Of a stretch of 40,108 nucleotides of DNA, positions 36,721-40,108 are shown piece after piece; the stretch's first letter is position 1; every line of letters begins with the position of its first letter. The notes beneath the pieces are model-generated. The model saw nothing but the letters and a program-made list of their open reading frames with translations. It was not told the DNA's origin and searched no databases. Origin of the DNA: Clostridia bacterium (GTDB lineage: Bacteria; Bacillota; Clostridia; Oscillospirales; Acutalibacteraceae); contig JAFTPI010000054.1 of assembly GCA_017463345.1 (NCBI GenBank), positions 1-40,108 on the forward strand. Reading direction: 5' to 3'. A program made the translations under genes and the position numbers.

Positions 36721-36749
36721 ATTATAGACCTACTGTTAATATTTGTCAA
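36721..36749 (-). promoter_or_regulatory. feoA promoter, perfect sigma-A consensus
   Basis: The minus strand reads TTGACA (36749..36744), a 17-nt spacer, then TATAAT (36726..36721). Confidence 0.7.
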
Positions 36750-36797
36750 TAGTTTTTTCAAAATTTTTATAAAAGAAAAAGGCGGAATTTTCCGCCC

Positions 36798-37490
36798 TTA
36801 ATTTTTCTCTTTTCTTTTGGAAATTTTATAGTAAATAAAGTAGCCTGCAAGTGCCACCACGGCAGACACTGCAAAAATAATAATGGAAAGAATATAGTTT
36901 TCCTCCCCTAGTGCCTGGCCCGCTATGGCTGAGGTTAAAATTGAAGGAATTCGGCAAAGGGTGCTGATTGCCATAAATACACCGAATCTAATTTTAGTGA
37001 TGCCTGCAAAATATGTAATAACATCTTTAGGTGTTCCAATTATAAAATAAAGAATTGCAAAAATCCACTCCAGATTTTTTTCATCATTTAAAAACTTAAG
37101 CTTTTTAAGGTCCTTTTTATCCAGCATTATTTCGGTAAATTTTCTACCCAACAATCGGGTGAGTCCGAAAACAAGCGCCGTTGCTATGGCTACACCGATA
37201 AGGCAAAGCACCGTTCCCAAAACCGTTCCGAAAACGTAGCCCGCCGCAAACTCAACCGCTTCCCCTGGGATAAAAGCGAAAATAACCTGTAAAATTTGAA
37301 TACCGATAAAAATAAGATAACTTTCAAAGCCGCTTCCAAGGCTTTCTCTGAATTTTTGCGGGTCCTTAACCGCATCGGCAAGCATAGGGCCAATTAAAAA
37401 CGAGCCTGCAAGCAGTAGCGCAACCAAAACGGTTACGGATATTATAAGATAAACATTTCTGCCTGAAAAAAAGTTCTTTAACTTTCCCAT
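36798..37490 (-). CDS. TVP38/TMEM64 (DedA/SNARE-associated-like) family membrane protein
   Basis: MGKLKNFF... with IPGEAVEFAAGYVFG and GTPKDVITYFAGITKI motifs and 5-6 TM segments. The track ORF carries a 49-codon spurious N-terminal extension. Confidence 0.85.
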   Translation of the reverse strand: MGKLKNFFSGRNVYLIISVTVLVALLLAGSFLIGPMLADAVKDPQKFRESLGSGFESYLIFIGIQILQVIFAFIPGEAVEFAAGYVFGTVLGTVLCLIGVAIATALVFGLTRLLGRKFTEIMLDKKDLKKLKFLNDEKNLEWIFAILYFIIGTPKDVITYFAGITKIRFGVFMAISTLCRIPSILTSAIAGQALGEENYILSIIIFAVSAVVALAGYFIYYKISKRKEKN

Positions 37491-37515
37491 TTCGGACTTT
37501 TCACCTCTTTTAACA

Positions 37516-37544
37516 TATATAACACAAATTTTGACAATTTTCAA
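37516..37544 (-). promoter_or_regulatory. Promoter of the TVP38-family gene
   Basis: The minus strand reads TTGAAA (37544..37539), a 17-nt spacer, then TATATA (37521..37516). Confidence 0.4.
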
Positions 37545-37556
37545 CCGCCTGAGTTC

Positions 37557-37585
37557 TTGAATTTTAATATTTGCTATGTTACAAT
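37557..37585 (+). promoter_or_regulatory. Promoter of the hypothetical membrane protein gene
   Basis: TTGAAT (37557..37562), a 17-nt spacer, then TACAAT (37580..37585). Confidence 0.45.
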
Positions 37586-37624
37586 AAATTAAAATTGGCA
37601 AAAAGTTATAATGAGGTGATTTTT

Positions 37625-38317
37625 GTGACTGACACAAGGGCTCACGGTAAATTATGGTTTGTAATTTGCGTTTTATCCTGCTGCATTTTAGGCGCCTGCC
37701 TTTTAGGTGCTTTAATTCTTAACATTTTCACCGCATTTTCCCTTTGGTGGATTTATCTATGCTTTATCCCCCTCTCGGTTATTTCTCTTATATTTTCGGC
37801 TTACAAGTTAACTGAGGGTAAACTTGCGCTTATTATTCTTTCGGTGGTTTCGGTAATTCTTATTTTGGTTCTTTGCCTAGTTTCAGGTTTTATAAAGCTT
37901 GCTGATGACCACATTGACACGGTTAACTCAAAAATTGATTTTGTAAATGCAGTAACAGGTATTTCCCTGCCCCCTGCACCCTTTGATGCCTATTCCGATG
38001 AGCAAAAAATCTTTGATGATGAAAATCGCCAATTTGTAACTGTGCAAAGCTACGGTTATTATTTGCCCGATAAAAAGCTTAATGGCCTTTTAGATGATGT
38101 GGTTAAAAATAAAAATTGGATTTCATATGAAGAAGATGGCGAGTTATTTAAACATTTTTCGCCTTATGTGAGTTATTACGATTCGGTTTGCCTTTTCTAT
38201 AATGTTACCGAAAAAACCTATAATACATTACCCGCAGGTGATACACCTTGCGAATATATTATTGTTACCCTTGACCCATCCTACGGTTCGGTTAATATTT
38301 ACATTTTTACTATTTAA
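37625..38317 (+). CDS. Hypothetical membrane protein (3 N-terminal TM helices plus a roughly 130-aa C-terminal domain)
   Basis: GTG 37625 lies 5 nt after GAGGTGA. The hydrophobic N-terminal third is followed by a soluble domain, and I recognise no family. A terminator hairpin follows. Confidence 0.6.
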   Translation: MTDTRAHGKLWFVICVLSCCILGACLLGALILNIFTAFSLWWIYLCFIPLSVISLIFSAYKLTEGKLALIILSVVSVILILVLCLVSGFIKLADDHIDTVNSKIDFVNAVTGISLPPAPFDAYSDEQKIFDDENRQFVTVQSYGYYLPDKKLNGLLDDVVKNKNWISYEEDGELFKHFSPYVSYYDSVCLFYNVTEKTYNTLPAGDTPCEYIIVTLDPSYGSVNIYIFTI

Positions 38318-38351
38318 AAAAGCACATTAAAGTTATAATTTCAAAAGAAAA

Positions 38352-38382
38352 ACACGAACTGTCTATGCGGTTCGTGTTTTTT
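38352..38382. terminator. Bidirectional terminator between the membrane protein gene and sfsA
   Basis: ACACGAAC-(10-nt loop)-GTTCGTGT followed by TTTTT. Confidence 0.65.
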
Positions 38383-39061
38383 ATATTTTAAGGTTTATAA
38401 AATTATCAGCTTCAATAGAGTTTTCGGTTACAATGCAGTCAAGGGCAATAATCCGAACACCCTTTTCCTGTGCACTTTTGAGCGCCTCTCCAAACTCACG
38501 GTGGGTTTTGTAATTAGGGGTGAAAAGGTGCACACCCTTCATTTGAATTATAAAAATGATATAGGCTTCAAAGCCGCACTCGGTGCATTTTACCAGCTCG
38601 TTTATATGTTTAACCCCACGAAGGGTTGGAGCATCGGGAAAGCTTGCTATACCATCGTTTTCTAACGTTACACCCTTAACCTCAATAAATGCCTTGCGGT
38701 TGCCATCATCAATAAATAAATCAAAGCGGGAGTTTCCAAAGGTTACCTCCCTTTTAATAACCGCTTCCTTTGAAAAAAGATTTCCTTTTTTAAGCCATTC
38801 TGCCGCCACGGCGTTTGGAATTTGAGAATCCATATTTATAAGCAAATCGCCCTTTTTAACGGCAATAAGGTCATAGGCCGTTTTGCGAAGAGGATTATGG
38901 GATTTCTGGAGCCAAACCTCATTTCCCTTTATGAGCAGTTCCTTACACCGCCCTGTATTTTTAACATGAACGGTTTGCTTTATGCCATCAATTAAAACCT
39001 CGGCAATAAACCTGTTCGGGCGGCTTAAAAAGACACCCTTTACAATGTTTTCATATTTCAT
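38381..39061 (-). CDS. sfsA: Sugar fermentation stimulation protein A homolog (SfsA nuclease-fold DNA-binding protein)
   Basis: MKYENIVKGVFLSRPNRFIAEV...VHVKNTGRCKELL...RFDLFI...FIEVKGVTL... is the typical SfsA pattern; 226 aa. The start overlaps the upstream gene's stop (ATGA). Confidence 0.9.
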   Translation of the reverse strand: MKYENIVKGVFLSRPNRFIAEVLIDGIKQTVHVKNTGRCKELLIKGNEVWLQKSHNPLRKTAYDLIAVKKGDLLINMDSQIPNAVAAEWLKKGNLFSKEAVIKREVTFGNSRFDLFIDDGNRKAFIEVKGVTLENDGIASFPDAPTLRGVKHINELVKCTECGFEAYIIFIIQMKGVHLFTPNYKTHREFGEALKSAQEKGVRIIALDCIVTENSIEADNFINLKI

Positions 39062-40108
39062 ATTTTAAGTCTTAATCCCTTTGGATAATAATTTTTAGCG
39101 GTACCATTTACAACCTTAACACCGCCAAGAGGTGCACCATCAACCAGAACGGCGGCAAAGCCGTTTGCGCACTCTACCTCAATTTCCTCACCGTGTAAAA
39201 ACTGCAAAACCCGCTTATCATCTACCGAAAGATTAATTTTTCTTTTAAATTTATCCCCAAGAGCCGAGAAAAGCTGGTGGTGGGGCAAAATATAGTTCTT
39301 TCTAATTTCACCAATTGTAACGCCGCACAAAAACGGCTTTATTCCGTTTAAATCAAAGTCGCTTTCAAAATAAACAGGGGTTCCGTTTACCATTTTAACT
39401 GCCGTTTTATCATAGCCCTCTAAAATATCATCAAGAAAATCAAAAACAATTTTCTCAATCCTTTGGGTCGATTTTATGGCGCTTTTAACTGCGGGCTTGC
39501 TGTTTATGCTTTTAAGAACCGCCATAAACTGGCCCTCTCCCCTGCCTTTATGGGGATAAAATCGGCGGGCATAATGAATGTTATCGGTTTCACAGCCGTC
39601 AAAATTAATACCCTCGGTTGTGGCCTCTACCACCTCTTCTTTCGGTTTAACAAGGCAAAAATCGGGGTGGGCTTTAATAAAGCGGTCTATAACCATCTCA
39701 TTCTCCTCTAAAGAGAAGGTGCAGGTGGCATAAATTATTGTTCCGCCATCTTTCAAAAGCCTTACGGCGTTTTCTAAAATTTCGGTTTGTCTTGCGGCGC
39801 ATTTTAAAACATTTTCCTCGCTCCACTCGATAACAGCCGCTTCTTCTTTTCTAAACATTCCCTCTCCCGAACAGGGTGCATCAACCATAATAAGGTCAAA
39901 GGCTTTAGGAAAGGTTTTTGCGAGATATGCTGTGTCAGTGCAGGTTACAACAACATTTTCAAAACCCAATCTCTCAATGTTACCGCTTAAAATTTTGCAC
40001 CTTGAGGGAATAATCTCATTGGAAACCAAAACACCCTTTAAACCGAGTTTATTTGCAATTTGAGTGCTTTTGCCACCTGGGGCGGCACACATATCAAGCA
40101 CCCACCAA
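39058..40108 (-). CDS. RsmB/RsmF-family rRNA (cytosine-C5) methyltransferase, partial; N-terminus lies beyond the right edge
   Basis: The frame is open to the window edge (..WWVLDMCAAPGGKSTQIA = SAM motif I). DAPCSGEGMFRK (motif IV) and YATCTFSLEENE (motif VI, catalytic Cys) are present, plus an RsmF-type C-terminal extension. Confidence 0.86.
   Translation of the reverse strand, partial: WWVLDMCAAPGGKSTQIANKLGLKGVLVSNEIIPSRCKILSGNIERLGFENVVVTCTDTAYLAKTFPKAFDLIMVDAPCSGEGMFRKEEAAVIEWSEENVLKCAARQTEILENAVRLLKDGGTIIYATCTFSLEENEMVIDRFIKAHPDFCLVKPKEEVVEATTEGINFDGCETDNIHYARRFYPHKGRGEGQFMAVLKSINSKPAVKSAIKSTQRIEKIVFDFLDDILEGYDKTAVKMVNGTPVYFESDFDLNGIKPFLCGVTIGEIRKNYILPHHQLFSALGDKFKRKINLSVDDKRVLQFLHGEEIEVECANGFAAVLVDGAPLGGVKVVNGTAKNYYPKGLRLKI

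Noticed and set aside
1-40108. Search for CRISPR arrays, IS elements, integrases, prophage or defence-system genes
   Set aside because: I found no regularly spaced direct repeats and no transposase, recombinase, restriction or toxin-like ORFs. Every ORF over 60 aa outside known genes is an antisense shadow or overlaps a promoter or terminator.

Overview
Chromosomal, mostly housekeeping window from a low-GC Gram-positive, Clostridia-like genome (sigma-A type TTGACA-17-TATAAT promoters, GGAGG ribosome-binding sites, several GTG/TTG starts). I support about 38 protein genes and one tRNA. Left to right: the (ispA)-xseB-xseA-nusB operon (minus); a DivIVA-domain gene translationally coupled to an orphan Fe-S hydro-lyase beta subunit; an E2/CAT-like acyltransferase; a small membrane protein behind a DnaA-box cluster; a Cys-rich protein divergent from ogg; an S51 peptidase; the rpoB-rpoC-rpsL-rpsG-fusA-tuf block (7.5-19.5 kb, minus); then choloylglycine-hydrolase family, rubrerythrin, nadE, a GH78 rhamnosidase, galK-like + ackA, tmcAL, a lipoprotein, a DtxR/MntR-type regulator + P-type ATPase, tRNA-Pro(CGG), trxB-trxA, feoA-feoB plus a small Cys-rich feo-associated gene, a TVP38/DedA-like protein, an orphan membrane protein, sfsA and a partial rsmF-like methyltransferase. 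I saw no CRISPR array, transposase, integrase or phage genes. There is no obvious multi-gene novel system. The non-trivial signals are regulatory or RNA-level, or are deviations from catalytic motifs. (1) An 18-bp palindrome AGTTAGC-N4-GCTAACT occurs four times: three copies bracket feoA and one lies on the start codon of the E2-like gene. (2) The tRNA-Pro promoter-proximal region and first 23 nt are duplicated, fused to a roughly 115-nt GC-rich structured RNA, behind a perfect consensus promoter. (3) Three perfect DnaA boxes fall within 98 bp, far from any dnaA gene. (4) The P-type ATPase keeps its ion-site residues but has degenerate phosphorylation-domain motifs. (5) The E2/CAT-like acyltransferase has Asp at the catalytic His position. 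All functional calls rest on my reading of the translated ORFs and motifs; no database search was run.
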